64,000 nt of DNA from an uncultured Candidatus Saccharibacteria bacterium (GCA_964409225.1 CAYPCM010000002.1:413-64412), one strand, 5' to 3'; positions 39,558 through 49,615 are shown, numbered from the stretch's first letter. The notes: generated by a model not told the origin, from the letters alone. Program-made: numbers and translations.

Positions 39558-39794
39558 TTAAAGCGTAATCGTATGCAGGCTTAACTCCTCGGGATGATAT
39601 GCCCGCAGGATTTCCCTCGATGCTTCTTCTTGAAGCACCAGCGCGAGGACTTCGCGAATGTTGTACAATGCTTCATCAATTGTCTTCCCTTGGCTGTAGC
39701 ACCCTTCGAATAACGGGCACTCGGCAACGTAAAACCCATCCTCATCTTTCTCGATGAGGAGCGGCAGGGAGGATTTACGATACTTCGTCTTCAT
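39558..39794 (-). CDS. HicB-family antitoxin-like protein (UPF0150), no adjacent HicA
   Basis: DGFYVAECPLFEGCYSQGKTIDEALYNIREVLAL is the classic HicB N-terminal domain. Confidence 0.7.
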   Translation of the reverse strand: MKTKYRKSSLPLLIEKDEDGFYVAECPLFEGCYSQGKTIDEALYNIREVLALVLQEEASREILRAYHPEELSLHTITL

Positions 39795-39823
39795 AGCCGT
39801 ATCGGCGCGAATGACTATTGCTG

Positions 39824-40411
39824 CTACCCAGAAATATGTTCAAACCACTGGTTCACCTTCTCCCAATCCACCGCCGCGAGGAATGCCTGGATGTAGGCCT
39901 TGCGGTCCGAACCGTGATCAATGAAGTACGAATGTTCATACACGTCCATGGCGAGCAATGGCTGGCAGCCCCACACCCCGCCTTGGTTCTGTTGGTCTGC
40001 GGCGTAAATGTGCAGCTCTCGGTCTGACCAGTCAAAGGCGAGAATCGCCCAGCCGCGCGCCGCCATGCCGGTTGCGGTAAATTCGGTTGCGAATTTTTCC
40101 CACGAACCCCAACGCGCTTCAATCGCGTCTTTGATTTTGCCCATCGGCGTGCCGTCGCCGCCCAACACCGCAAAATAGTACTCGTGCAAAATCTGGCCGT
40201 TAGCTGCAAAGGTCTCTTCGTGCTTGAGTCCGCGAACGTCCGAGTAGATTTGGTTCGCGGTCGAAAAATCAACGGCCTGCAACTTCTCTTCAATCTCATT
40301 TCGTTTGTTGACATACCCGGCGTAAAGCTTGCCGTGGTGGATCTCAAGGGTCTTTGCGGAGATACCCGGCACTTCTTTTACTTCGAGAGGTTTTTGAACG
40401 TGTTTGGCCAT
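39824..40411 (-). CDS. sodA: superoxide dismutase [Fe/Mn]
   Basis: Fe/Mn-SOD N-terminal (LEIHHGKLYAGYVNKRN, metal-ligand His), C-terminal DVYEHSYFID. Confidence 0.9.
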   Translation of the reverse strand: MAKHVQKPLEVKEVPGISAKTLEIHHGKLYAGYVNKRNEIEEKLQAVDFSTANQIYSDVRGLKHEETFAANGQILHEYYFAVLGGDGTPMGKIKDAIEARWGSWEKFATEFTATGMAARGWAILAFDWSDRELHIYAADQQNQGGVWGCQPLLAMDVYEHSYFIDHGSDRKAYIQAFLAAVDWEKVNQWFEHISG

Positions 40412-40663
40412 AAGAAAGAAATGATTAATTGCGAATTGCCGAAGGAATGTCTAATGTCGAATTGTCTAGAGCCCATCTTAAAAATGTCATTGCGAGGAGC
40501 GAAACGATGAAGCAATCCGAGGCGAAACCTCGTCCCGAGCGCAGCGAGGGATCCCGGGTATATGGGGCGAGATCCTTCGCTTCGCTCAGGATGACACTGC
40601 GGTGTCAGATCGCCACGCCCCCTTCGGGGGCTCGCGATGACGGACTGAAGCTTTGAGCTTTAT

Positions 40664-41167
40664 CTACGTGTGCTTGTCCGCCACGACGAACGCACCGTAC
40701 CCTTCTGGCTTGATTCGTACCGCAAAGCCGTTGCCGCGAATCATGCCCACAACTTCCTTGATCATCTCACGCGTGGGGCCGTTCTCGCCCACATCCACAT
40801 GAATTTCAAAATCGTACGAATCCTCAGCACCTGGTGCAAGCTGCTCCTTGAGTGCTCCGGTAAGCTCTTGGGCTAGAGTCAACGAATAGAGCGCCTCTTC
40901 GTAAATCTTATCCCGGAGTTGATGGTAGATCTTGCCGTTGCGGAAGCGCCGCCAGTAGTACCGCCCGCCTTTGCCCTGCCGGTGCACGACCACGACCGAA
41001 ACGAAATCAACGCCCTGTCGATCCTGGGAATCAGTGCCCACGACTACCTGATAGCGGCTGGCGCGGTCAGCGTCCATGTAGCCCACCACATCCGCCACCA
41101 CCTCCACAAAACTCATGGGCCCCCGCGAGGGGCTTTGGAATATTTGGTTGCGGAATTCAGCGGTCAT
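40664..41167 (-). CDS. hypothetical protein (possibly YkuK/DUF458 RNase H-like); N-terminus of track ORF (to 41323) is excluded because it spans an intrinsic terminator
   Basis: start set to MTAEFRNQIF; alternative Met at 41116. Confidence 0.45.
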   Translation of the reverse strand: MTAEFRNQIFQSPSRGPMSFVEVVADVVGYMDADRASRYQVVVGTDSQDRQGVDFVSVVVVHRQGKGGRYYWRRFRNGKIYHQLRDKIYEEALYSLTLAQELTGALKEQLAPGAEDSYDFEIHVDVGENGPTREMIKEVVGMIRGNGFAVRIKPEGYGAFVVADKHT

Positions 41168-41244
41168 CGTTCTGTTTGGGTTTGATTCGTACTGGGAGTG
41201 TACCAAACGAAACGAAGAAAGTCCACCGAATTCCCTGAACCGAA

Positions 41245-41290
41245 AAGAAGCGGGCCCCGCGGCAAGCCGCGGGGCCCTGGTACCCAACAA
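41245..41290 (-). terminator. Rho-independent terminator on minus strand (gggccccgcgg-cttg-ccgcggggccc + GCUUCUUUUCGG)
   Basis: read directly. Confidence 0.5.
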
Positions 41291-41850
41291 CGTATCTCGG
41301 TTCGCGACTCTCACTGGCCACACAGAATGGCAGCTTCACAGGCCGCCCTCTGCGCGAACCGCGAGCAGGGCACGCGACCGCCCACAAGCGCGCCCGGCAG
41401 CCCGGACTGCGCTTGCTCGACGAACGACCTTTTCCGGAGGACTACCGCGCGGGTGGATCAGCCGCCAATAATCTCCATTGCGGAGTTTACCGGTGAAGGC
41501 TGCGTCCCCGTGCGCGGCTCGCCCACAAGATCGGGCCGTCCAGCTGAGACCGAGATTTGTTGAGGGGTACCGCGTGGTCCGACTGACAACGGTGGGCGTT
41601 GTTTCCCCCGAAGGGCCGAGCCGTACGGGTTGCAGCTCCGCGAACCACTTCCGTTTCGGATCCGCCTGAAGCCCATCGCACAACCGTACGCTGATCAATC
41701 GGTGGACCCCACCAAATGTCAGTCTGGACCAGTATGCCAAGTGTACTCGCTCCAAAAATCCTGTCAATGGGGTGTATGCTCCCACGACAATAAGCCAAAA
41801 TTTATTTCATCTGTTGGTACGCCGGGGATAACGTGGGGAAAAGATGTGTA
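41291..41850 (-). ncRNA. candidate ~560-nt structured non-coding RNA / long leader, bracketed by two minus-strand terminators; contains AGUCCGGGCUGCC (RNase P P4-like) and GGGGGAAACAACGCCCACCG motifs
   Basis: no plausible ORF; GC-rich with many local stems. Confidence 0.25.
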
Positions 41851-41852
41851 AA

Positions 41853-41885
41853 AAGAGAACGCCCGTCCGCGCAAAACGCGGACGG
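41853..41885 (-). terminator. Rho-independent terminator of ABC-transporter operon (cgcccgtccgcg-caaaa-cgcggacgggcg + UUCUCUUUUUAC on minus strand)
   Basis: perfect 12-bp stem. Confidence 0.6.
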
Positions 41886-41896
41886 GCGCATGGTCC

Positions 41897-42781
41897 CTAC
41901 GACGTGGACACATGGAAGGAGTTCCTACTTCGAAGGTTGAACTCCTCAATTCGCTGAAGATGCGTGGGGTCGAAGCCCTCACGCCGGATCTCCGCTATGA
42001 ACTCCCCGAACTGGGCAGAGGCCTTGACTGCCGTCCCGGTGGCCCTCCGTCCCCACGGGCTCGGGTAGTCAGCCACGATCTTGGAACCGTGATCCGTGCC
42101 CCCGCCCTCTCCATCTTGATAGAAGGGCGAGAGCACCAGAATCCGCGTCCCAAGGTACACAGCCTCCACAAGGTCGTGGGTCACGAAAAAGAGCGTCATC
42201 CCGGACTGCTCCCAAAGCTCGAGCAGAAACACCTGCATGTGCTCGCGGGTGCTCGGATCGAGCGCGCCGAACGGCTCATCCATGAGCAAGATCTTGGGCT
42301 TCACGATGAGCGCCTGTGCAATCGCCACTCGCTGCTGCATCCCGCCCGAGAGCTCGTGGGGGTACTTGTCCTTGTGCTCGACAAGCTCCACGCGCTCAAG
42401 GTGATACATCGCCTCATCTCGCAGCTCGCGGCGCCGACGAATGCGCTCAAACAGATTGAGCCCGAGACGTCTGCCGAGGTACACGTTCTCGAAGACGGTC
42501 AGGTGCGGGTAGAGCGAGTAGCGCTGGAAGACAATCCCCCGGTTTTCGTCAGGCAGTCCCACCGGGCACTCATCGATGAGCATGACCCCGCTGCTGGATC
42601 GCTCCTGGCCCAAGATGAGCCGCAGCAGCGTTGACTTGCCGCACCCAGAGGGCCCCACCACGGTGCAGAATTCCCCTCGATCAACGGCAAGATCAATGCC
42701 GTTGAGCACCATCTTACTGCCGTACCGTTTCTCCACCCCCTCCAGATAGAGGAGTTCTTTTCGCAGTTCGCCCTGGTCCAT
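41897..42781 (-). CDS. ABC transporter ATP-binding protein (NitT/TauT nitrate/sulfonate/bicarbonate family)
   Basis: Walker A GPSGCGKST, signature LSGGMQQRVAIA, Walker B ILLMDEPFGALD; start at MDQGEL with AAAGGAGGT SD. Confidence 0.9.
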   Translation of the reverse strand: MDQGELRKELLYLEGVEKRYGSKMVLNGIDLAVDRGEFCTVVGPSGCGKSTLLRLILGQERSSSGVMLIDECPVGLPDENRGIVFQRYSLYPHLTVFENVYLGRRLGLNLFERIRRRRELRDEAMYHLERVELVEHKDKYPHELSGGMQQRVAIAQALIVKPKILLMDEPFGALDPSTREHMQVFLLELWEQSGMTLFFVTHDLVEAVYLGTRILVLSPFYQDGEGGGTDHGSKIVADYPSPWGRRATGTAVKASAQFGEFIAEIRREGFDPTHLQRIEEFNLRSRNSFHVSTS

Positions 42782-42800
42782 CCGAACCTCCTTTCGTCCG

Positions 42801-43643
42801 CTAGTCCTGTTTCGTTGCGCGGTACCAGGGGAATTGCCACGCGACGAACTTCCCCAACAGACGGTCAATGGCGATACTGATGAGCGTCACCCACAAAACG
42901 TATGGGATGATCCCGTCCATGGCGAGATACCGACGCATGAGGAACGTCCGGTACCCGAGCCCCTCGGTCGCCGCCACCATCTCCGCCGCGATAAGGAAGA
43001 GCCACGCCGCACCAAACGCAACGCGCATCGTGTCGATCCAGTACGGCACGATCTGCGGGAGCACCACGAAGTACACGACCTGCAGCTGGGAGGCGCCGAG
43101 TGTGAGAGACTTTACGACCTGCTCGCGGGAAATCATCCGACGCACCGCGAGGTCAATGCCCCGTCCGATCGCCGGCGCAGTGCCGATGAATATGATCGCG
43201 ATCTTCGAAAACTCGAAGACCCCGAAGAAGATAAACAGAATCGGCAATAGCAACAGCGACGGGATGATGGAGAAGAACGCAAGGGATGCGTCGAAGATGG
43301 CCTGCATGCCCGGGAAGAGCCCCAAGTTAATGCCGAGGATCAACCCGAACAGCCCCGCAAGCCCAACTCCAAGGCATACCCGTCGGAGACTGGCGAGCGT
43401 GTCTTCGAGCATGAGATACCTGCCCGTGTTCTTGTCCGGCGTGAATGCCAGCGTCCCGACGGTCTCTGCCATCTGCGTGACCGACGGCATGAACCGATCC
43501 TCCGGGTTCTCCCGCAGCCGCAGATGGGATGCGATGAGGTACCCGGCGATGAGTACGACGAACGGCAACAGCGGCAGAAAGCGGAACATCGCTGAAGTCG
43601 GCTCTGCATGCAGGCCGAAGAACCGTGGAACCCGAAACTCCAT
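42801..43643 (-). CDS. ABC transporter permease (NitT/TauT family)
   Basis: 6 TM segments, EAA-like loop; start MEFRVPRFF with AAGGAGAAT SD. Confidence 0.85.
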   Translation of the reverse strand: MEFRVPRFFGLHAEPTSAMFRFLPLLPFVVLIAGYLIASHLRLRENPEDRFMPSVTQMAETVGTLAFTPDKNTGRYLMLEDTLASLRRVCLGVGLAGLFGLILGINLGLFPGMQAIFDASLAFFSIIPSLLLLPILFIFFGVFEFSKIAIIFIGTAPAIGRGIDLAVRRMISREQVVKSLTLGASQLQVVYFVVLPQIVPYWIDTMRVAFGAAWLFLIAAEMVAATEGLGYRTFLMRRYLAMDGIIPYVLWVTLISIAIDRLLGKFVAWQFPWYRATKQD

Positions 43644-43794
43644 GGTATTCTCCTTCTTGTGTAAAGGTTCATTCCGCAATACGCGCAACTTAACTCTACA
43701 CCACAAAGTAGATCGTGTCAACTAAAAAGCGAAACCCGGTTGGCCGACCGGCCAACCGGGTTGTAGTACGAGAAAGAGCTCGGAAGGTACTGCG

Positions 43795-44865
43795 TTACAG
43801 CTTGCCCTCCGCTGCAAGCTTCATGAAGGTCGCGTCGAAGCGTAGCTTCACGCGCTTCGGGTTACCGAGAGTTGTTCCGTCCGGGAACGAAATCCCGACG
43901 TGGTCAGCCGACTTGACCTTGCCCATGAGTCCGGCCCCGAAGGAAAACCGACGGACGAGCTCCATCGTTTTCTTCAAGTCCGGCCCGCTGGTAAAGGCCG
44001 CGGCCTCGTTCGAGTCGTAGAACATGCGGGTCGTCCCGAGCTGGGCCCGAAACTCCCCGACGGTAGCCTTTGATGCGTTCGCCATGAAGGCGATCGCGTC
44101 CTCTGCCGGCTTGCCCGGCGCGGACATGACTTGCATAGTCTCATACCAGGCGCCCGTTAACGCCTTCTTGAGCGCATCGGGCGCTTTGGTATGGACCACC
44201 ATCATGTCAATGATCTCGCCGGGAATCTGCGAGGAGTCGAACGCCAGGGTCACGCCCTTCGCGTTCCGGACCCGCATGAGCATCGGGTTCCAGGTAACGA
44301 CGGCGGCCATGGGGCTGGAATCGTTCAGGAACACCGATTCGATCTGACTATCGCCGGTGTTGACCAGCGTGACGTTCGTGTCGCGCTGCTTGATCCCGTT
44401 CATCTCGAGGGCCCGAGCCAACATATACTGCGAAACCGAACCCTCCACGATGTAGACGCGCCGACCCTTGATGTCAGCTACGCCCTTGCCATTGCGCAGC
44501 ACTAACCCATCGTTCCCGTTCGAGAAGTCGCCGACGATCAACGCCGTCGAATCCACACCGCTCGAGGCTGGAATGTTGAGCGCATCCATGTTGGTCATGG
44601 CGCACCCAACAAAGGTCTTGCCCGTGTACTGGTTGATCGACTCGACATAGTCGTCAACGTACACGAGCTCAATCTCGATGCTGTACTTCTTCGCCCACTT
44701 CTTCAAGATCCCGGCCGAGTCCATGTAGCCCCACGGCTCCCAGCCGACGTAACGGGACCAACAGACGCGGTGCTTGGCCGCGGCTTCGGCCTGCGGCGCG
44801 AAGATGGTGGCGAACGAGATGAACGCTGCCAGTACTCCCACACCGATCCGCTTAATGGTCTTCAC
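43795..44865 (-). CDS. ABC transporter substrate-binding protein (NMT1/THI5-like, NitT/TauT family)
   Basis: signal peptide MKTIKRIGVGVLAAFISFATIFAPQAEA; GTG start with GAGGAG SD. Confidence 0.85.
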   Translation of the reverse strand: MKTIKRIGVGVLAAFISFATIFAPQAEAAAKHRVCWSRYVGWEPWGYMDSAGILKKWAKKYSIEIELVYVDDYVESINQYTGKTFVGCAMTNMDALNIPASSGVDSTALIVGDFSNGNDGLVLRNGKGVADIKGRRVYIVEGSVSQYMLARALEMNGIKQRDTNVTLVNTGDSQIESVFLNDSSPMAAVVTWNPMLMRVRNAKGVTLAFDSSQIPGEIIDMMVVHTKAPDALKKALTGAWYETMQVMSAPGKPAEDAIAFMANASKATVGEFRAQLGTTRMFYDSNEAAAFTSGPDLKKTMELVRRFSFGAGLMGKVKSADHVGISFPDGTTLGNPKRVKLRFDATFMKLAAEGKL

Positions 44866-44948
44866 GTCGCACTCCTCTCTTGAGGGTTTTGTGCCCTCGG
44901 TTGGAGTGTTCGGGAGATTGCGGCGAATGCCGCAATCTCCCGAACTGG

Positions 44949-46145
44949 TTAGACCGCCTCTCCCGCTTCAATTGCGAGCCGCGGCCGCATCTTGTCGCCG
45001 CGTTCCATCCTGGCGATCTTCTCCTCGGCCTCGATGGTGAGTTGATCCAGCTCTTGAATCGTCTGGGCCATCTTGGGGAGCGCTTCAGACCGGTACCGCG
45101 CAATGTCGTCCATGGCCTGATGGATGTCTCGGAACGCGGCCTTGAGCTTGTCCATATCAAGCATGGCGCCCGCGGCCTGCTTGTGGATCGCCGTGCCTTG
45201 CGTCTTCAAAAGCTCGGCGTTCTCGGCGATCAGGTTGGATGTCGTCCGGTTAATCGCCTCGATCTTCTCGAGCACGATGCGCTGATGCGTGAGGGCAAAG
45301 GAGACGACCACCGCCACCTGCAGCGCGCTAATCGTCACGCGTTCAGCCCGATCCACGCCGCGAACCAACTCGCGGTTGTTACGCATGATGATCTCGAGCG
45401 CAAGCACCTCCTGCTGACGCACCGCCAGCTCCTGCTGGACGTCCATGGTGCGCTTCCGGACCGTGAAGAGGAGCTCCTGCTCCACGAACTGATAGCGTTC
45501 GTCGTCCTGCGGGATCTCCGTCCCCAGCTTGGCAGAAAGCTCCTGGTCAATGAGCATGAGGAGCCTGACCAGCTGCTCGAGCTTGAGCGTGAGCGCACGC
45601 GCTTCGGCCTGATCATCGAGAAGTATCCCGTTATCCCGCTCGAGCTGGGCCCGTCCCTTTTCGAGCGAAACCACGATGTCGGCGATGACCGACTCGGCGG
45701 CCTGATACTGCGTGAAGTAACGCGTGAGTTTGCGGCCGAGCGGCCAGAACCAACGAGGTGTGAAATCCCACTTGTGTGGATCGAGCCCCTCAACCGTTTC
45801 CTTGAGATCGACCAGTGCATTCGCCACCGGCCCCCCGTTCTCGCCGCGTTGGGCGAGCGTTCGGATGGGCTCGTGGAGCATCCGGCTCATCTTGAGCGAC
45901 TCGCGCGAGAGGTTCGCTCCGGCGCGCTCGACCGCGGTCTTGGTGTCGGCGCGAGCGCGCACGTCCTTGGGATCGAGCTCGAGCAGACGCTTGGTGTAAT
46001 CCCGAGCCTGCGCTACGAGCTGCGGATTCTCTCCTTTCTCCTTGGGCCGGAGTGCCTTCGGATCAACGAGGGCGAGCTCTTCACGAACCTTCAGCGCGTC
46101 GGGAACCACGAGCGGCCGTTCGGCGACCGCAACCTCCGTTGCCAT
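44949..46145 (-). CDS. toxic anion resistance protein (TelA family)
   Basis: length and coiled-coil pattern typical of TelA/KlaA. Confidence 0.8.
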   Translation of the reverse strand: MATEVAVAERPLVVPDALKVREELALVDPKALRPKEKGENPQLVAQARDYTKRLLELDPKDVRARADTKTAVERAGANLSRESLKMSRMLHEPIRTLAQRGENGGPVANALVDLKETVEGLDPHKWDFTPRWFWPLGRKLTRYFTQYQAAESVIADIVVSLEKGRAQLERDNGILLDDQAEARALTLKLEQLVRLLMLIDQELSAKLGTEIPQDDERYQFVEQELLFTVRKRTMDVQQELAVRQQEVLALEIIMRNNRELVRGVDRAERVTISALQVAVVVSFALTHQRIVLEKIEAINRTTSNLIAENAELLKTQGTAIHKQAAGAMLDMDKLKAAFRDIHQAMDDIARYRSEALPKMAQTIQELDQLTIEAEEKIARMERGDKMRPRLAIEAGEAV

Positions 46146-46147
46146 TC

Positions 46148-47032
46148 CTATACCCTCCCTGCCAGATCATCTGGCGGTTGAACGGAAAACTGCTTTGTTC
46201 GCTGCACCAACTCCTCGAGGTACTTCCGTGCGCTCTCGAGGTCCGTGCCTGCCTCCCCGCGTACGGTCTTCATCTCCGCCAAGGCGACCGCGGCCTTATC
46301 GAGTTCGGTCAATGCCTCTTCGTTCTGCCGGAGAATACCCCGCACCTTCTCAAGTTGCGCTTCGTGTAGCCGCCTCCTTTCTTCAAGTGTGCCGACTTCC
46401 TGCGCGTCTTCGGCCGTGGGCTTGCGCCCCCGACGCTTCAGATCGCCGAGTCGCTCGGAGATGTAATCTGCGTCATCCGAGAGACTCATGAGCAGGTGCG
46501 CCATTCGCTGCAGGTTATCCAGTACCGCGAGCGAAACTTGTTCGGTGGTTCCGGCGAAACGCCCGAAGGCGAGTTCCGTCGGGTCGAGCTTTTGGGACAG
46601 GATGTCGCGAATCTTCCCGATCCGTTCGTGGACTTGGTTGCACTGCGCCACACCCTGCTCAATCAACTCCTCAATGCCGCGCAGGCGCCTGCCGCACTCC
46701 TTCAAAGCCTGCTGCAGCTCCTCTGCCTGCGCCTCGCGCCGTTGCATCAAGGCCTCATTCATCGCCTGGATATAGCGGCTTGCGTGCGTATCGCCAACCA
46801 GGAAATAGTTGGCGGCTGCGCTCGCCGCACCCACGGCAAAACCACCGACGGCGATGATCGTCGCGACCAATGACGGACCGAGCAACAGTGCCCAGGCACC
46901 CGCGAGCGCGCCCGCCCCGAGCGGGGCGAGCGTTCCCCAATTGTCATAGGTCGCCCGCAGTACCGCGCGCTTTGTGGCGGCAAACGAAAGGTCGACCTTC
47001 GGCGGATCCGGCCCTTTCCGTCTTTCCTTCAT
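46148..47032 (-). CDS. XpaC-like (5-bromo-4-chloroindolyl phosphate hydrolysis protein family) membrane/coiled-coil protein, TelA-associated
   Basis: two N-terminal TM helices then long coiled coil; immediately downstream of TelA as in Bacillus yaaN/xpaC-type loci. Confidence 0.5.
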   Translation of the reverse strand: MKERRKGPDPPKVDLSFAATKRAVLRATYDNWGTLAPLGAGALAGAWALLLGPSLVATIIAVGGFAVGAASAAANYFLVGDTHASRYIQAMNEALMQRREAQAEELQQALKECGRRLRGIEELIEQGVAQCNQVHERIGKIRDILSQKLDPTELAFGRFAGTTEQVSLAVLDNLQRMAHLLMSLSDDADYISERLGDLKRRGRKPTAEDAQEVGTLEERRRLHEAQLEKVRGILRQNEEALTELDKAAVALAEMKTVRGEAGTDLESARKYLEELVQRTKQFSVQPPDDLAGRV

Positions 47033-47051
47033 CCTTCCTCCCTGCGAGATG

Positions 47052-48611
47052 TCAATACACCTCGCTCACCAAGGAAATCTCCACTCGCCGCAACCGGAAT
47101 TCGTGGGCGCCGTCCGACTCATTGGGTAGTCGTGGGAGCGGCTCCTTCGATCCAATGCCGACCGCGCGCACGCGGTTTGCATCAATGGAGTAGGTTACTC
47201 CAAAGTACCGCGCCACGCTTTCTGCACGCTCTTGGGAGAGTTGCAGATTGGCTTCGGGATCCCCGCTCAAGGCCGTGTGGCCCCTCACGAGGACCCGGAA
47301 ATTCGGATAATGCTTGAGTTTCTCGACCACGCGGTCGAGCTCCTCTTTCCCATCGATCTGCAGATCGGCGGTGCCACTTCGGAAGGTGATGGGTTCAATC
47401 TTGAGCGAACCCACCACCCTGAGCGCCTTCCAGCCAGCTTCATCGAGCTGCGGGAACGCAGCGCTCAAAGAATCGGCGTTCTTCGGCTGGTTTGCGCCAG
47501 CCACGGTAAAGCCAACCGGCCCCTTGGCATACAGCTCTTCGAGGAACCGCCCCCAGACAATCCGGCTGGGATCGCCGTCGGGCAGGGGATTCTTCGTGAA
47601 GTCTCCAACCCTCCGATTCGTCAAAATCGAAACGGTCGAGTCGATCGTCTCCACGAGTCCACGGCTAATCGAACCGATGCCAAACCACTGCTCGCAGTTG
47701 TCGCTGAATGTGGCCCAGGCGACACCCTTGAGCATGGTACGTACCGCTTCACCCGAAAGCCGCGTGGCGGCCATCACTTCCTTCTCAAGTCGCTCGGGAT
47801 TATCCCGGTAGACCTTGAGGGTTCGGAAGTATGCCTGCAGCACGGTCTTGACCGTTCCCACGTTCGCCGCCGCGTACTCGCGGTTCACCAGCAGGATATC
47901 GACAATGAACTGACGGGTGCTCTCGGTGCCGAGGATCTTGACGATCCCCTTATTCGCGAGTGCCCGCGAAACATCGGGTTCCCACAGAACCGCGACGTCC
48001 GCTTGCCGGCCGACGAGCTTCTCGAGCGCCTTGGACGAGCCGTCGGTTTCAATCCGGAGCGGTCCTTTCTGCGGAAGCAACTCTGGCACATCGAAGTGAT
48101 CCACCATCCCTTTAAGAAGGTGGTGGCTCGGCGAGTCGGGCGTGAATGCGACGCGCAATCCCGTCCGCCCTTTGAGAGAATTAATGTTGGTCGCCACGCT
48201 CTCTTGCGCAAGGATGGCGTCTCCGCCTTTCGATTCGTCAATGACCGCAACGATCACAGCCGGAAATCCAACCTTCGCGGCGTTGAGGATATACGAATCC
48301 ACGGTTGCAACCGCGAAGTTGAACTCACGCGCCTTGAGCCCAGCCATGCGTTTCGCGTACGCGGCGCTGTCGTCGAGACACGAAAACAGGTACCCCTCTG
48401 CGAGCATCCGATTTTTCATCTCGGAGCTGCACAAAGGGAAATACCCGATCCAGTTGTCCATAGCGATCGTGATCTTACCCTTGGTTGCGGCAGAATCGCT
48501 TGTCTTGCGCTGCCGCCAATCCTGGATGAACGGGCTCGCAAGCCGATAACCGGCCATGAGACCCGCTCCAAGGATCACCAGCACTCCCACCGTAACCAGC
48601 TTCCTAGACAT
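47052..48611 (-). CDS. periplasmic substrate-binding-like domain fused to C-terminal OmpA/MotB peptidoglycan-binding domain
   Basis: N-terminal TM/signal, NMT1-like SBP region, C-terminal OmpA motif RVLVRGHTALSGDPEANLQLSQERAESVARYF...NRRVEI; start at ATG 48611 with AAGGAGGAGGG SD. Confidence 0.7.
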   Translation of the reverse strand: MSRKLVTVGVLVILGAGLMAGYRLASPFIQDWRQRKTSDSAATKGKITIAMDNWIGYFPLCSSEMKNRMLAEGYLFSCLDDSAAYAKRMAGLKAREFNFAVATVDSYILNAAKVGFPAVIVAVIDESKGGDAILAQESVATNINSLKGRTGLRVAFTPDSPSHHLLKGMVDHFDVPELLPQKGPLRIETDGSSKALEKLVGRQADVAVLWEPDVSRALANKGIVKILGTESTRQFIVDILLVNREYAAANVGTVKTVLQAYFRTLKVYRDNPERLEKEVMAATRLSGEAVRTMLKGVAWATFSDNCEQWFGIGSISRGLVETIDSTVSILTNRRVGDFTKNPLPDGDPSRIVWGRFLEELYAKGPVGFTVAGANQPKNADSLSAAFPQLDEAGWKALRVVGSLKIEPITFRSGTADLQIDGKEELDRVVEKLKHYPNFRVLVRGHTALSGDPEANLQLSQERAESVARYFGVTYSIDANRVRAVGIGSKEPLPRLPNESDGAHEFRLRRVEISLVSEVY

Positions 48612-48660
48612 GTGTCCCTCCTCCTTCTTACGCGGCTTCTGCCGCAACGGGGTTGACTTT

Positions 48661-48679
48661 ACTGGTAATGATTACCAGT
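48661..48679. promoter_or_regulatory. 19-bp palindrome ACTGGTAATGATTACCAGT (putative operator) overlapping predicted -10 of the 47052..48611 gene
   Basis: read directly; TTTACA-N17-TGGTAAT on minus strand. Confidence 0.4.
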
Positions 48680-48832
48680 GTTGACTGTTCATATTGTAAA
48701 GGGACCCAACCGAAAAAAGTATTGCATTATGTTTTCTGTTTGTCAAGACACACTATGCTCGGACATTATGCGTGAAAAGCGAACAGGGAGCCCCGTGTGG
48801 GACTCCCTGTGTGGCATACGGAAAGAGCGAAA

Positions 48833-49615
48833 CTACTTCCGAAACTCGGCTACATCGAAGGTCGGCGCCTCGGCGAGCACTTCCTGAAAGCCTCGGCGAA
48901 GCGACGGGAGGTCTCGTGCCTCGACGTAGACGGTGAGTCCGGGACGGTTCAACGAATGCTTCTCGCCGATGCAAAACCCAAGGGTTTTCACTCCGACCGA
49001 CGAGAAACTTGTAATGTGCTCGACGATCCCGCCCGGATCTTGACCGGCATTCGCTTCGCCGTCGGTGACGACGACGAGCGTATATAGGCCGTAGCCGAGC
49101 TGACGATGGGCTTGGGCCATAAGCTGACGGTAGCCGCGCGTGACTGCATCGTGCAGCGGCGTCCCATTGCCGGTGCGGATCTTCTGAATGGTGCTCACGA
49201 CCCGGGTTTTGTGTGCGGCCCCAAAGCCGAGTGGGACCCGCTCGGAGACTCCGCTGCCGTCGAAGACGAGGAGCCCGATGTTGTCATCGTCCCGCAGCGC
49301 CCCCACGAACTCGACGGTTGCGGTCTTCGCCACACTAATCTTATTGCCACTACCTCCGCAGGCTCGTTCGTCCATACTTGAGGAGGCATCAAGCACGACA
49401 TAGTAGTTGCGGGCAAGGATGTTGTCGGCGAGCTGGATACTCTCTTGCCCCTGCTTCTCTCCCGATTCAATCGGCGGCCAGCTCATGCGGTGCGCGAGCT
49501 GGACGGGAGATCCCCCCGACGCCTGCGACACAGGCGGTTGCGGCATCGGCTCTTCTGAGCACCCATTGAGCGAGAGCGCCGCGAGCACGAGGACTGCCCA
49601 AAAGCTGGTCTGCAT
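48833..49615 (-). CDS. von Willebrand factor type A domain lipoprotein
   Basis: lipobox LSLNGC, MIDAS-like DASSSM...GNGTPL...TDGE; GAGGAGGG SD. Confidence 0.75.
   Translation of the reverse strand: MQTSFWAVLVLAALSLNGCSEEPMPQPPVSQASGGSPVQLAHRMSWPPIESGEKQGQESIQLADNILARNYYVVLDASSSMDERACGGSGNKISVAKTATVEFVGALRDDDNIGLLVFDGSGVSERVPLGFGAAHKTRVVSTIQKIRTGNGTPLHDAVTRGYRQLMAQAHRQLGYGLYTLVVVTDGEANAGQDPGGIVEHITSFSSVGVKTLGFCIGEKHSLNRPGLTVYVEARDLPSLRRGFQEVLAEAPTFDVAEFRK

Noticed and set aside
41380-41420. RNase P RNA call based on AGUCCGGGCUGCC (P4-like)
   Set aside because: The P4-like and P9-like motifs occur in the wrong 5' to 3' order, and only about 130 nt remain before the terminator. The call was downgraded to 'candidate ncRNA'.
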